Below are positions 46,307-59,600 of a DNA stretch of 64,000 bases, in pieces. The notes beneath the pieces are model-generated. The model saw only the letters and a list, made by a program, of their open reading frames with translations. It ran no database searches and had not been told where the DNA came from. Made by a program: the position numbers and the translations under genes. The stretch is from Eutreptiella sp. 'Long Island Sound 2002'. Its lineage: Eukaryota; Protista; Euglenida. The DNA is taken from contig OZ038378.1 in the NCBI GenBank assembly GCA_964036045.1, positions 199,888,001 to 199,952,000 on the forward strand, read 5' to 3'. Within the stretch, counting starts at the first letter, position 1. Every line of letters starts with the position of its first letter.

Positions 46307-49300
46307 TGAATGCTACATTTGCCCTGCATTCTCGGGAGTCCCCAACAAAGGGGACCCCGAGAATGCAGGGGTTATGTAGCATTTCCGCCCAGTTTTGGGC
46401 CCCCAAGCCGGCAGGGGTGATGTAGCCACTTTTGAATTTGTCCCCTTTGTTGGGGACCCCCGAGAATGCAGGGGTTATGTAGGGAAGGTGTGCAGTCCAA
46501 CGTGTTCTACTTGGGGGGCTTCTCCATGAGGGTAAATCTGGGGCTGAAGACGGGATAGTTAATAGAAAAGTAGCACGCCGCACATGTGCCGGGCAAACAT
46601 TCCCCCATAATGGGTGCCTATTGGGCACCTACCTCCCCCCTCCCTTGAAATCCCCCCTGGCCCCGGGGGGAAGCGTCACTCGACCAAACAAGCATAGGAA
46701 ATACCAGGCACTGCAGAAAATTTTCTTCAGGCTATACTGGAACTGCTGCAGTCTTAGTGCTACCATCGTGTGGTGCATCCCTCCCCCCTGGGGGGGGGGA
46801 GAGCCGTCACTTCATGACTGTCCCCCCCCCCCCTAGCGGGGAACCGTCACGACATGGGGGGGGGGTTCAAGCCGGGGGCAAGGTACAGTGTGCATCTGCC
46901 TAAAGCGAGAGGGCACCTGAAGCGCACATCATGGGTGCCCACTGGGTGCCTAGGGAGCGCCTTGTGGGCGCATAGTGGGTGCCTAATGGGTACCTAGAGG
47001 GTGCTTAGGGGGTTCCATGTGGAGGAGGAGTTTCACTGTGCAGGAGGGGCCTTCCTGTGTAGCAGGCGTTGTCGGTGAGCCCCCTGTCTGCGTTACATCT
47101 TGTCCAAGCTACACGTGCCACAGGGACTGCGTTAATTCGGGATTTGTATTGATTCAGTTCCATTCGGACCATCATTTGGGTGTGCGCAAGCTACGCCTTG
47201 TCTCGGCTAGACTCCTGCTAGACTGCTGCAGGGACGGTACTAATTTGGACTTGGGCATGGTTTTGACCAAGATGGGGTAAGAGAGGTCATTGGTTTGGGA
47301 GAGGGCTACAAGTGCCGGAGATGGAGGGCTAGTGCAGCAGGGGTGATAACTGGAGGAGTGCTGAGAGGGGGAGGCAGGATGACAGGGTATTGGTTGAGGA
47401 GTCATTCAGGAAGGGTGATCTGTGAAGTAGAGGGTAATAGGTTGTGTAGAGAGTAGGAGTGTTCGTACCCCCTCCCCCCCTTGTAATCCCCCACCCCTTG
47501 CAATCCCCCCACCACGGCGAAGTCAAGGCAACATTCGGTCCTCGTCTGAGGTATGCTGCAGTGCAGCAAGTCAAACAATGAACTGAGGTTTGTGGCAATG
47601 ACCATATGCCTGGGACACGGGCGTATACGAGAGCTCTGTATCCGTTGCTTTATGGCCCTGGTAATCCCCCACCCCTTGCAACCCCCCCCCCCCCCCGCCA
47701 TGGGGGGGACCGTCACTTGCCCCAAAAAGCATAGGAAACACTAAGCGCCAAAGGCGCCGAAGAAAAATTGGGGTTGGGGGGGGGACCGTCGCTTGGTGAC
47801 CGCCCCCCCCCCCCATTATGGGACCGGCCGACATTGGGGGGGGGGGATTGCAAGGGGGGCAGGGGGTAGGTGGAGGAGGGGTTACAGTTGGAGGAGGGGT
47901 TGTGGGTGGTGGTGTGACAGACACATTTTTGCAGAACCTGCCCACACATCCCCCAATTGACAGGCCGGCCGGTTGCAAAGGAGCGGTCCGTGCAGCCCAG
48001 GCAGGTCTGGGCGGTGGCGGTATGGCATGCCCTGCCCTCTTCAGGGAGGGTGGTCGATCTTCTGGGCTGGTCCCGTGTGCGTTGCATTTAGCGTTTTGTT
48101 GAAGCTGATGTCCGGGGCAATGATCTGTGAGTCGCTGGAAGATTTGAGTCGGCTGCACGAGTACACAGTAGTCGATTTTTGGGGTATGTCCTAGTGCTCT
48201 GGTGTTGGTTGTGGGGGCATTGCAGTGCCTTCAGTGGCAGTTTCTATGTTGTGCCTGTGTCCTCTGAATGGACTGCCGATGAGAACAAGGCCCAAAAGAT
48301 ACACGAGGCACGGACCCACTGTATTGAGCTGCAATCGAAGCAACAGGGTCTTCCGCACGGGGAGAGGCTGCACAGCCACCAAATGGGATTCAGCTGGGGT
48401 GATGGGGAAGCGAGGCAATGGATTGAGCACTAGCAATCCTCGTAGGATATGCCATGTCGAAACGGCTCAAAATGTGGACGACACTATTCAGTGCAGCCAA
48501 TGACCGGGGGCAAATTCATGATCTCTGCAGATGCACTTGCAGGCTCTTCCAAGCAGAAATTAGTGCGGCCTTTGTCCCCCGGATCACCCTGGTGGCGGGC
48601 GTAACACGTAGTGAGCTGAATTAGATACCCCCCCCCCCCTCTGCACAACAACCAGCAATGTTTCACCGCCCGACCAGCGGCTGGTCATTGGGCAAAATAG
48701 CGCCACCATGCACTGGTCCTTAGGCAAAGCTGTGGACACTTCTGCATCCTCAAAAAACTCTTTTTCGTTTTCCTTCGCTCAGGTTCACATCCGCAAACAT
48801 CTGCAAATTCCCAACACAGGTGTAGACAACCACCAGGGTAAACCTAAAATTGCCGCGACAACATGCAAAGCATGCACCAACATCTGCAAAGCATTTATGC
48901 AAGTACAGAAGCACACATATCAGCATGCATGATCCATAGACACGATCCTGTTATGGTCTGCATTCTACATCACCGAAGACTTTTGCACCCACCGTCTAAA
49001 TCAGTACCAAGCCGGCTGTCCCTGCCCGCGCTATTACCACAGTAGCAGTGCTGTGCAGCACAGAAGGACTGCAGCTGAGCCATACGCCCCAAAACTGTTA
49101 GACATTGGTTTTGGCATGCGCACACTGCATACCTCCTCAACGCTTGTGAAAGGAGCACGGGATCGAGCAGGCAACCCCGAAGCCCTTTTTATTGCGCTTT
49201 TCTGGCGCTAAAAATTCAGCACATTCCCACACCCGTGCCTACCTTCGGGGAGGAGTGGCGGAAAAGAGCCCGCCCCGGTGGCTAGTAGACGAATCATGCC

Positions 49301-51007
49301 GGAACGGTTGTTCTACGTGGACTGCAACTCGTTCCGCACCCATGAGAACACAGTACTGTTTCAACAAAAGTAGTGTCATGAGGAGCGCCATTGGACCAAG
49401 GGTTCGTCATTGGTGCACAAGGGGTGGGGGGGTGGGGGGGCACGAAATCCCCTCGAAGAGAACTTGTTGGATCCAGGGGCCAATGGGGCCAGAATGTGCC
49501 GGGTCGGACCCTGGGGGAACCTGGGGGAGGCCCACACCCTCAGAGGGGGAAAGCTGGGGAGAACCTATGGTGGAAGTCATCCCCTCCGTCAGTGGCGGCC
49601 ACTAGACAAAAAGGGGATGTGTCGTTAGGCGATTTCAATTCGGTCGCCCAACACTCACTCATTCACTCATTCTCATCATGCGCTTGTTCAAGATCTCTTA
49701 AGCCCGCGGCATAGTCATGAAGGTTTTGTGAAGAGGAGCATAAAGCATAATGGAAAGTCGTAGTTCATGTGATGGTGTTTTGCAGGGCGCGGAAAGTTGT
49801 GTATGTTGTGGTACAGTTGAAGTGCAGGTTGCCTGTTGTTGATTAACAAGAGGAGCCTGTCCAACATGGGGTTGGGGTTGAGGCTGATAGAGCCCTCACA
49901 AACCGCTTTTTCGCTGGTGAACATGATGTGCACAACGTGTGGTATGCCATGGAGAAGGGGTAATAATTCTTCATTTGTGGAATCATCACCTGCGAAAGGG
50001 AGGCAAGGAGGAATTGAATGCACATATGGAATGCCCCCAAGTTTCGTGAGGTTGTGGGGGGTGGGTGGCAGCAGGACCGGTGGTGACACCCCCCCGGGGT
50101 GATAAGGCAGATCGTTTGGCTGAATAGGGACGCATGTCCCATCTGCGCTTCCCTAAACCAAGTGCACCTGCGTATCACTAAGCAGACCATCAGACACCAA
50201 AAGCACCCAAATGCCAGAAACTGGTTTCCGTTGATCTCTCCCCCTTGATTTCCACAGCTCTTGTTTTCTCTCCTTCAACACCCCCCGCCCGCAGTTTCAG
50301 TCAGTTGAAACGCAGGCAGCACTCTCTGCTGTCCAACTCTTTGCTTTACCAGACCCAGAATCAGAGGCAGAGGACTCGGGGGCAGACACATCAGGCACTG
50401 TGAGTGACACAAGTGTGAGCAACTCGGAGAATGACAGCAACTGCTCCTGCTCCACAGACTGCAGCTGTGAGTAGCTGAACACATTGCATGTTTGCCCCTC
50501 TGCATGTTGCATTGAGTGCACTGAAACACAAATCTGTCATTGGTAAGGGTTAGGTCGAAGGAGTGCCTTACAACAGTGGACGTGAGAGTATACAGTCTGC
50601 CCTTGGCAGACGCTTGCAGCAGCTCTTTGAAATGGACTGATTGAGCGACGCCCGTGGCAGTGTACTCAGCTCACCGTAACCCACCAGTGCGTGTGACTGG
50701 CACAGCATTGTCCGTAGTTTGGACCTGTGTGACATGAAACCACTCTGGACCAACGGCTGGCAGTGTCTATGGTGGGGACATTCAGTCCATCAGCACCGAC
50801 CATTGAGCCCCCGGGAACGGTGCCGCACCAGGTTGGCACGGCGGCGCCCCCTTCCATCGCCGCACTGCGCGCGTGTGTGTCTGTGTGCAGCGCCTCCGAT
50901 CGGTGATGGCGTTGCTGCCCATCCCGACCCCCTGCGCCTCTCGTGCACGCCACCTGCCCGACGAGTGCCATCCGCCTCCCAACCCGAGGCACGTGCTCAG
51001 TGACGAG

Positions 51008-51152
<145 letters not shown>

Positions 51153-51153
51153 G

Positions 51154-51191
<38 letters not shown>

Positions 51192-51881
51192 CCCCCCGGT
51201 AACCGGGTGCAACAGCAAACTGGTTCATGTAGACTGGGGTTGTCGGGGAGTAGGTTGAGCGGACAGAGATGAGCAGACAGCGGTGAACCATCGGGAATGG
51301 CTATGGCTGGGCTGGGCTGGTCTGGGCTTCTCTGGGCTGGGCTGCACAAGCTTTCGCTGGAATGAACTGGGCTGGGTCGAGGGCAGGCTGTGCTACCCCT
51401 GACCCTGCAACCTGTGGCAGTGCTGTTGGCAAGGCAGTGCTGCACGTTCTGTTCTTCACAGCTGACGCTGAGGCGAGCTGCTGCTGGACATCTCATTCCT
51501 GCTGTACCTACAGAAAGGCGCCTAGCGCATACCGGAGAGGGGGATATTCTGCGGGGTGGAATTTCTGTTTAAAAAATTCTGTGCGAACTTTTTGTGCGCA
51601 ATTTGTTCGGTGTTTTTAAGGATTTGCACTGCTACACATTAAGCCTTGCCTTTGTCCACTTGTACCACGCCAGAGGAATTGGTTAATGATAGTTTCTTCC
51701 CGATTGACATACTGGTGTTTGCATGCTCCTTGTGCTGTCCACACATTGTGTAGTGTTGCACTTTGTGCCTCTGGGTACACTACGCAACCGGCGAGTGGCT
51801 GGATTCAAAGATTTGTGGTACCTAGCTTTTTTTTGTTGTTTGTGATTGTGTCCAATGCATGTCATGTGCACTTGTAATGCT

Positions 51882-51976
51882 GAAAAAGCGCCAGGAAAAG
51901 CGCCAGAAGCGCCAGAAAAAGCGCCAGAAAAAGCGCCGAAAGCGCCAAAAAAAGCGCCAGAAAAAGCGCCAGAAAA
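51882..51976. repeat. (AAAAAGCGCCAG)-type minisatellite
   Basis: About 8 AAGCGCC-cored units of 9-12 bp. Confidence 0.8.
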
Positions 51977-52591
51977 GGTTCCAGAGGCGGGAATTGTACC
52001 TATGACCCCACAATTGTACGCACATGCATGTACCAACTCGGCTATGACATGTCTCTGCTGACATATGGCTTATTGGTGGTATACATTCTGAACATATTTT
52101 GGTGATTGGGGTCACCACGCAATGCCCTGCTGAGGGTTAATCATGCACAGCCCACCTGGAAAAAACAGCAACCATGCAAAGTCGACCATTTCATACTATG
52201 ACCAATTTCTGGGAACCATACATAATTTGTTCGCTCATTTTTAAGAAATCATACAGAATTTCTTGCCGCGGAATTTGTAGATTTAAAATTTGTTAGACAT
52301 GGAATATCCCCCTCTCCGGTATCATGCACTGCTTTTGTGGCCTGCCATGACATGCGCCTGATGAAAATCTTTACACTCAGCGCCTTTGTAGTGCCTGTTT
52401 GTCACGTTCATCGTGTGTGAAGGGGTGGGTGGATGCGTGGGACCTGAGTTCAGAACCTTTTGGGGGGGCAAGTCCGGACCGACCTCCCCCCCCCACCCAA
52501 GGCCACGATCACTGGCAAAGGGAAGGGCTCGTAGGGTCGTCCGTCTAAGGACCTGCTCTGCCCCTTCCATCGCCACACACCGTGTGCGCAG

Positions 52592-54527
52592 AGAAGGAGA
52601 TCGGCGATGCCGGGGCTTCCGCCATCGCCAATGCCTTGAAGACGAACACCAGCGTTCAGGAAGTGGTCCTCAGTCGTATGTTTTGTGTGCGCTCTCACAG
52701 GAATGTGTTCTCTTGTCGCCCCCCCCCCCCCCGTCCCCTCCGCCGCACAACAAAAAAGGGAAGGCCCCGAAGCTGTTCACCGCCGTGTTCGGTTTTGTGC
52801 GATCATGAGACGCTGCACAACGGCGCGGACACAAGGGCATTTCTTTTTTTTCTGCGGTGCGTGGGACTTGAGTTCAGGCCTTGAGGGAGGAGGCATGTAA
52901 GGACCTCCCCCCTTCCTCCCCCCAGGGCCACGGCCATGGCCAAGGGCAGGGCTCGTGGCGTCGTCCGTCTAACAAATCGTTTTTCTGGCGTGGGCACACA
53001 CACATTCATCAGTCTGAATTTCCATGACACTCAAACAGAAAGACCCATGCACTTTTTTGTTTTGAACCTAAGGGCCTGCCCTGCCCCTTCCATCGCCACA
53101 CACCCTGTGCACAGGGAACAATGTCGGCGATGCCGGGGCTGCTGCCATCGCCGATGCCTTGAAGACCAACACCAGCGTTCAGAAAGTGATCCTCCGTCGT
53201 ATGTTTTGTGTGCGCGCTCAGTGGAATGTGTTCTCTTGCCCCCCCCCCCCCCCCCTCCGCCGCAGTAGAGTCGGATGGGCCTATGTCGGCTCCCACCACC
53301 GGGACACGCAATTGCGGATGCCCCTCCCGGGGACGGTGCTATCCGGATGAGGCAGACGCACCACTGCCCACCAAGTGTGAACAATCGTGCAGTTTCTGCA
53401 CCCAGGCTGGTTACGCACACAGGTCTCCCAGACAAAAGTGGTCATCAACGAGATTTCATAAGTGGGCTCAACAGATACTAATGGTGGGAACCAGTGTGCC
53501 GGCGAGTGGTCCTGACTTATTACGAAATTCTGGTTGCTCCTTGTTGTGATTTTTCTGTCCTCTTGCTAGTCAAAGCGGTTTGCCAATCTATTGCAGTTGC
53601 GGTATGTATGTCAGTGATTTGTCTGCGCTAATGAAGGGTGAACTCGGTTGGCGGTTGATCGGTTGTCGGTTAGCAACAGAGCAGGATTAGGCCCATGGGC
53701 GGATGATCCGTGTGGTCTGACCGCAATCGGGCTACTGTAAGCAACACACAGAATTCACATTAACTCTGAAGAGATATCTTTTGAGTACTGAGCTTTGACT
53801 AGTTCAGGTTTAAATGGGATGAGGAGGACTTAACGTGCATGCCAGTGAACAGTGCTTCTGATGCGGTTTGGGTGCTGATGGAGACCACGAGCGGGTGCAT
53901 AGGGCCGCCGAGCCCGTCACTGCTTTGCCAGGAGATGGCCCTGGTCAACCAGAACCAGAACCAGAACCCCTCCGCCGCACTGTCTGCGGAAGCTTCCACC
54001 GCTTGGCAGTGCCCTGTCGCCTCTGAAATGGCGTGGCAAACTCGGGCTGTCCCGAGTAGTAGGGGTGTACAAACGCAAGCACTGGCCGTGGTGGCTGTCC
54101 CCCGCACACTGGTCGGCAAATTCCGATCCTCCCCCCCCCCGCACGCACCACCTCAAGCTCGGCAGCCAGCAATCTGACAGAGCCCCCATGCCCCCCCTCC
54201 CCCCCCCGGCCTCCTATACACACTGCCCGTCTGCCAGCAATCTGGCGGGGCTTGCACGACAGCCAGTGATCAGGCAGCGCTGGCACGCCTTCCCTCCTCA
54301 CCCCTCCACCTTCAGCGGTGTCCAGCGGGCACTGAAACTACCAACCGGCACCGGCAATTTGGTGCAGCGGGTACAAGCAACCACACTGCATAGGCTGTGC
54401 TCTGCCTGACGGCCAGAAACCAGCCCCCCCCACACAGAGCCCAGGTGTGCTGCCTCTCCACCGCGCTGCACGGACTGCACGCCATGTAGAACGCTGAGTA
54501 CTCAAACACGTGGCTGCAGCGGCGGTG

Positions 54528-54564
<37 letters not shown>

Positions 54565-56585
54565 CCACACACACAGTGGCACCAACAGCAGCGATTGCGG
54601 GCGGAGGGCGATCCCATGGCAGTGCACACGTGTGCGCACATGCACACACACATACGCACAACAGCAACCGCGGCAGCCCTGGACCCCCCCCCCCCCATGA
54701 GGCCGCCTCGGCACTCCCTTGGCGGATCATGGGGCCGCTCAGTTTTTCTGCCAAACGCCGGCACTTTTTTTTTGTGGGAAACGGCGGGTGCCCCGGAACC
54801 CACGGCACCCTCCCAAGCCCTAGTTGAGGTGCCCGTAGTTGAGTTTCTCTCCAGGGAGTAGCCTGCAGGCGCAGCCTGGGGCTTGGGGGAGGCCAAGGGT
54901 ACGTGCCCCCCTCCTCCCCCCACGCACACAACCCGGCGTCCATGCGACATGCTTATGCACATGGCAGACCTTAGACCCCGGGACGTCAATGGTGCACACA
55001 ACAGGTGGTGGCCGAGTGGTCATGCACCCCTTGTGGCGGCACGTCTCACCTTGATTCGAATCCCGGTGGGCCTCCCGTCCCGCAGAAGCAGTGGCAGTGG
55101 GTGGTCCCAGTTTTCGGGACACCGGCGAGCGCCCCAGCACCCTCGGCACCCTCCTGAGCCCAACAGAGGCGCCCCTTGTGGAGGCTCCCACTGGCATGAG
55201 CACACCAGCACTACGCACACGGCGCCACCGCGCACGCTGTATGGTGCGGTGCAGCACGCGAGTACCATGCGCATGACGCCGCTGCGCCCGCCGCAAGGCT
55301 CAGCACAAGGTACGCGCGCCCGCACTTAGGAAGGCGTGTGCCCCGGCCAGCCCGCCACGTGGCGGACCTGGTGAGTGTGGTACGCCTTGCCCAGCTCTCC
55401 TCACAGGGGCAACCCATGAGCCCATAAGGCTCTCATCGGGCAAGGAGAGAATAGCCCAAAGCCCAAAACCCCCCTCCGCCGCACAAAGAAAAAGGGAATG
55501 CCCCGAAGCTGTTCACCGCCGTTTTCGGTTTTGTGCGATCATGAGACGCTGCAAAGCGGCGCGGTCACAAAGGCATTTCTTTTTTTTCTGCCGTGTGTGG
55601 GATTTTTGGAGGAGCGTATTTATGCCCCCCCCCCCTTCCTCTCCCCAGGGCCACGGCCATGGCGTGGCGTCGTCCGTCTAGCAAATCGTTTTTTCTGGCG
55701 TGGGCACACACACATTCATCGGTCTGAAATTCCATGACACTCAAACAGAAAGACCCATGCACTTCTTTTTTTTTTTTGAACCCAAGGGCCTGCCCTGCCC
55801 CTTCCATCGCCACACACCGTGTCCCCAGAGAACAATATCGGCGATGCCGGGGCTACTGCCATCGCTGATACCTTGAAGACCAACACCAGCATTCAGAAAG
55901 TGACCCTCAGTCGTATGTTTTGTGTGCGCGCTCATGTTTTCTCTTGTCGCCCTCCCCCCCCTCCCTCCCCTTTGCCGCACAACAAAACAAGGGAATGCCT
56001 CGAAGCTCTTCACCGCCGTTTTCGGTTTTGTGCGATCATGAGACGCTGCACAACGGCGCGGTCACATGGGCATTTCTTGTTTCTGCTGGGATTCGGTTGT
56101 GGCCATTGTTCTGCACTCAGCCCCGCGGCGGCGGCAGCGGCCCCTTCGGTCGCCGCACTGTGTGTGTGTGCAGCGCTGACTCGCGGTGCGGCGCCTTCCA
56201 TCGCCACACACTGTGTACGCAGGGAACGAGATCAGCGATGCTGGGGCTATGGCCGTTGCCGATGCCCTGAAAACCAACACCTGCCTTAAAGGAGTGGAGC
56301 TCGACCGTATGTTGTGTGCGCGCTCTCTGTGGACTGTGTTCTCTTGTCGCCCCCCCCCCCCCTTCCGTCGCACAAAAAAGGGAATGCCCCGACGCTGTTG
56401 ACCGCCGTTTTTGTTTTGGCGAGAGTTGTGGTCCATAGGTCAGTCTGATGTGATGGAGGGACCACAGGGGGAGGGGGAGGGTCGTACAGCTCCCCCTGCC
56501 ACCCCGCTCCCCCCTCTCCCCCCATGCCCCGGGCCCGTGCAGCCAACCCACTGCGATGTTTTGCAGTTCTCAGCGTGTGTGTGTG

Positions 56586-56632
<47 letters not shown>

Positions 56633-59600
56633 CGTGTACTGGGAAACACAGTGGGGGGATGTGACCCTGTGTCAGTTTAGGGACAACCTTCTCATGGCTA
56701 CATCCTTCCCAAACCACCCGACAGTTGGCATAGTCCAGCGTGTACTAACCATACTACAGTTGGCTTGGGGCCTGAGGGTGTTGTGCCCCTGTGATGACAC
56801 ATGTCGTGTAACGTGCCTCAGCACGTCGGCAGTTGCAATGGGTTACTTTTTGGTGGTGTCCACGGAAGGCTGTGCATCAACGTACATCCAGCCAAGCTCC
56901 CTCACTCCACAATGGGATCTTAAACTTGGTCCACCGCTAGTCTCTCCTCGCAGTGCGCATCCCAGGTACCTCCACGGGATTTTCACGGGACTGTTGTCAA
57001 ATTCACAGCCCTGGGCTAAGAGCCACCTGGCACAGCTTCTCACTGTAGCAGCTTGGTGCCAAGTGGTAGTCCTATGTGGCTACACTCAACGAGACACCAA
57101 ACGCGCCATGCACAGTGCGATAGTGCATAGCTATGCAACCTTGGACCACGATTACACGAGGACAGTTGCATACATGCACCAGGTGGTGCTTCGGGTTCCA
57201 CAACCCCGCTGTTGCAATCTCCATCGGGCACTACAATGGGTTAAACGCCACGGGATATGGGCACACCACTCCTATGCTTCATGGCGCCTCCCACCACGTA
57301 TCCGTCGATGGTACAACGGGAGACTGGTGCAAGGACCACACCACCCTCTTCCAACATTGGGCTGACACAGTGCCAGCAGGGCATGTGTGTGTGTGACACT
57401 ACGCTTGCGTGGTGCTCCAATAGGTAGAAGATCAATGTCTCCCACTCCCCCCTACCTCAGCGACCATGCAGTAGTAATTAGGGACCGGCCTGACTCCTCT
57501 CCTGATACGATGTTGACAGTGCGCGCAGTTGGCTCTGAAATGATACCCCTATTGACGTACATTGCACTGTTGTGTTCCCTGTCACATCAAAAAGGCGCCT
57601 AGCCTTCAAACAACCATCACTGCTTTGTTTTGATTGGCTTGACGAGTCGTTAAAGACCAGTGCCCTGCCCTGCCTGCCTGTCGATCTACAGTGGGTTGGT
57701 TGCTCGGTTTCTTGGTCACCTCTCGCCGTGTGTGTGTGTGGGTGCGTGCGTGCGGGCGGGCGGGCGGGCGGTGATGGCGTTGCTGCACATTCCGACCCCC
57801 TGCGCCCCTGGTGCACGCCACCGGCCCGATGTGTTGAAGCCGTTTGCCTCCCTACCCGAGGCACCTGTTCAGTGACGAGGGGTGTGTGCGTGAAGGGCAG
57901 GTGCGTGTGTGGGACCTCAGGTCTTACTTTTTGTAGGGGGGGGAAGTCAGCCCCCCCGCCCCCCCTGTTCCCTAATTGATTGTAATCAAACATAATCCTC
58001 TGTTTTCTGTTTCAGACACAGTGTGTGTCTTGAGGATGAACCAGGTTTGGCATAGAGAATAAAGATGCACTTATGCCTGACTGTGGAATGCATTGCCTCT
58101 GGTTTGCATTGATCTGTTTTGTAATTGCGCCCCCCCCCCCCCCTGTTCCCCCCAGGGCCACGGCCATGGCCCAGGGCAGGACTCGTCGCGCCGTCCGTCT
58201 CACCAACCGCTTTTCTGGCGTGGGCACGCACACTCTCATCGGTCTGAAATGTCATGACACACACAAACAGAAAGACCCATGTACTTTTTTTGTCTTGAAC
58301 CCAAGGGCCTGCCCTGCCCCTTCCATCGCCACACACCGTGTCCCCAGAGAACAATATCGGCGATGCCGGGGCTACTGCCATCGCCGATGCCTTGAAGACC
58401 AACACCACCATCGAAGACGTGATCCTCAGCGGTACGTTTTGTGTGCGCACTCTGTGGGCTGTGCTCTTTCGTCGCCCCCATCCCCCCCGCCCCTTCCACC
58501 GCCGCACAAAAAAGGGAATGCTCCGAAGCTGTGTTACCGCCATTTTCGTTTTCGTGCGATCGTGAGACGCTGCACAACGGCGCGGTCACAAAGGCATTTC
58601 TTTTTTTCTGCCGGGATTCGGTTGTGGCCGTTGTTCTGCAGCGGCCCCGCAGCAGCGGCGGCGCCCCTTCGATCGCCGCACTGTGTGTGTGTGCAGCATT
58701 GACTCGCAGTGTGGCATACGGGAGGGGGCGCTGGGGTGGGGGGGGGGGTCGGACCGGGCGCTCATCGGGGTTCTGTCACACGCGTCTCGGGGACGAGGTG
58801 GAGCGGGGCAAGTGTTGTGCTGTCCTCCTGCCGTCCACCCGCTCTGGACTGTGTTCTTTTGTCGATGGGGGCATGGCACGTTCCGCGTAGCAGCCCACAG
58901 ACAGTGTGTGTGGGGGTGTGCACGCGGCCGAGCGGAGACTTGTGGTCCATAGGTCAGTCTGATATGACGGCGGGACCAGAGGGGGAGGGGGAGGGTCGTA
59001 CAGCCAACCCCCCCCCTCCAAACACACGGACCCCCCCTCCTCCTATGGTTGTCAATGGGATAGTGCCGGAGCAAATTTTTGTGGTTTTTGTGGTTTTATT
59101 GGAGTGCAATGTCCTGTCAGCCCCAACCAGCAGAAGGGGAGGGGTTGGGTTGGGTTGGGTCACGGCTTCGGCCAAAGGCGGTGTCCCACGGCCAGTGTAT
59201 CCTTACCTCACCGGCTCGACTGGGCACCCTCCTCCGGTTGTCTGGTCTCACAGTCGCCCCAGACTCCTGGCAGCCCCTGAACCTCACCAAGGCGCTGGTG
59301 AGAGGGAGACACCGCCGTGCCTGTGTGTATGTCGCGCGCACCCCAAGGGGGGGTTCAGGGCACTGGATTCGGGCACAGTTGCACACCTTTCGTCTCCATC
59401 AGGATGCGGTTCTCCTGTTGGCGTGTGGGGAGGGATGTGTGTGCCCGGTGGCCAGAACCCCCCCTCCCCCCCCCCCCCAAACCCCCCTCCTGTCTTCCAA
59501 TACATGCTGTGGGTCTGCCCCTCCTGGGAGCCGGCACGGGTGGCATGGCGCCCGCTAGTGGAGGCGGCGGCGCGCCCTCTCCCCACGCTAGCTGTACCGT

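Noticed and set aside
50290-50475. Ser/Asp-rich reading frame after a polypyrimidine-AG (possible terminal exon)
   Set aside because: No in-phase upstream exon found, and it cannot be joined to the LRR gene because it ends in a stop.
51882-51976. Short repeat arrays as CRISPR-like
   Set aside because: Tandem units without unique spacers, no cas genes, eukaryotic context; the same applies to the arrays at about 12270-12392 and 40254-40312.
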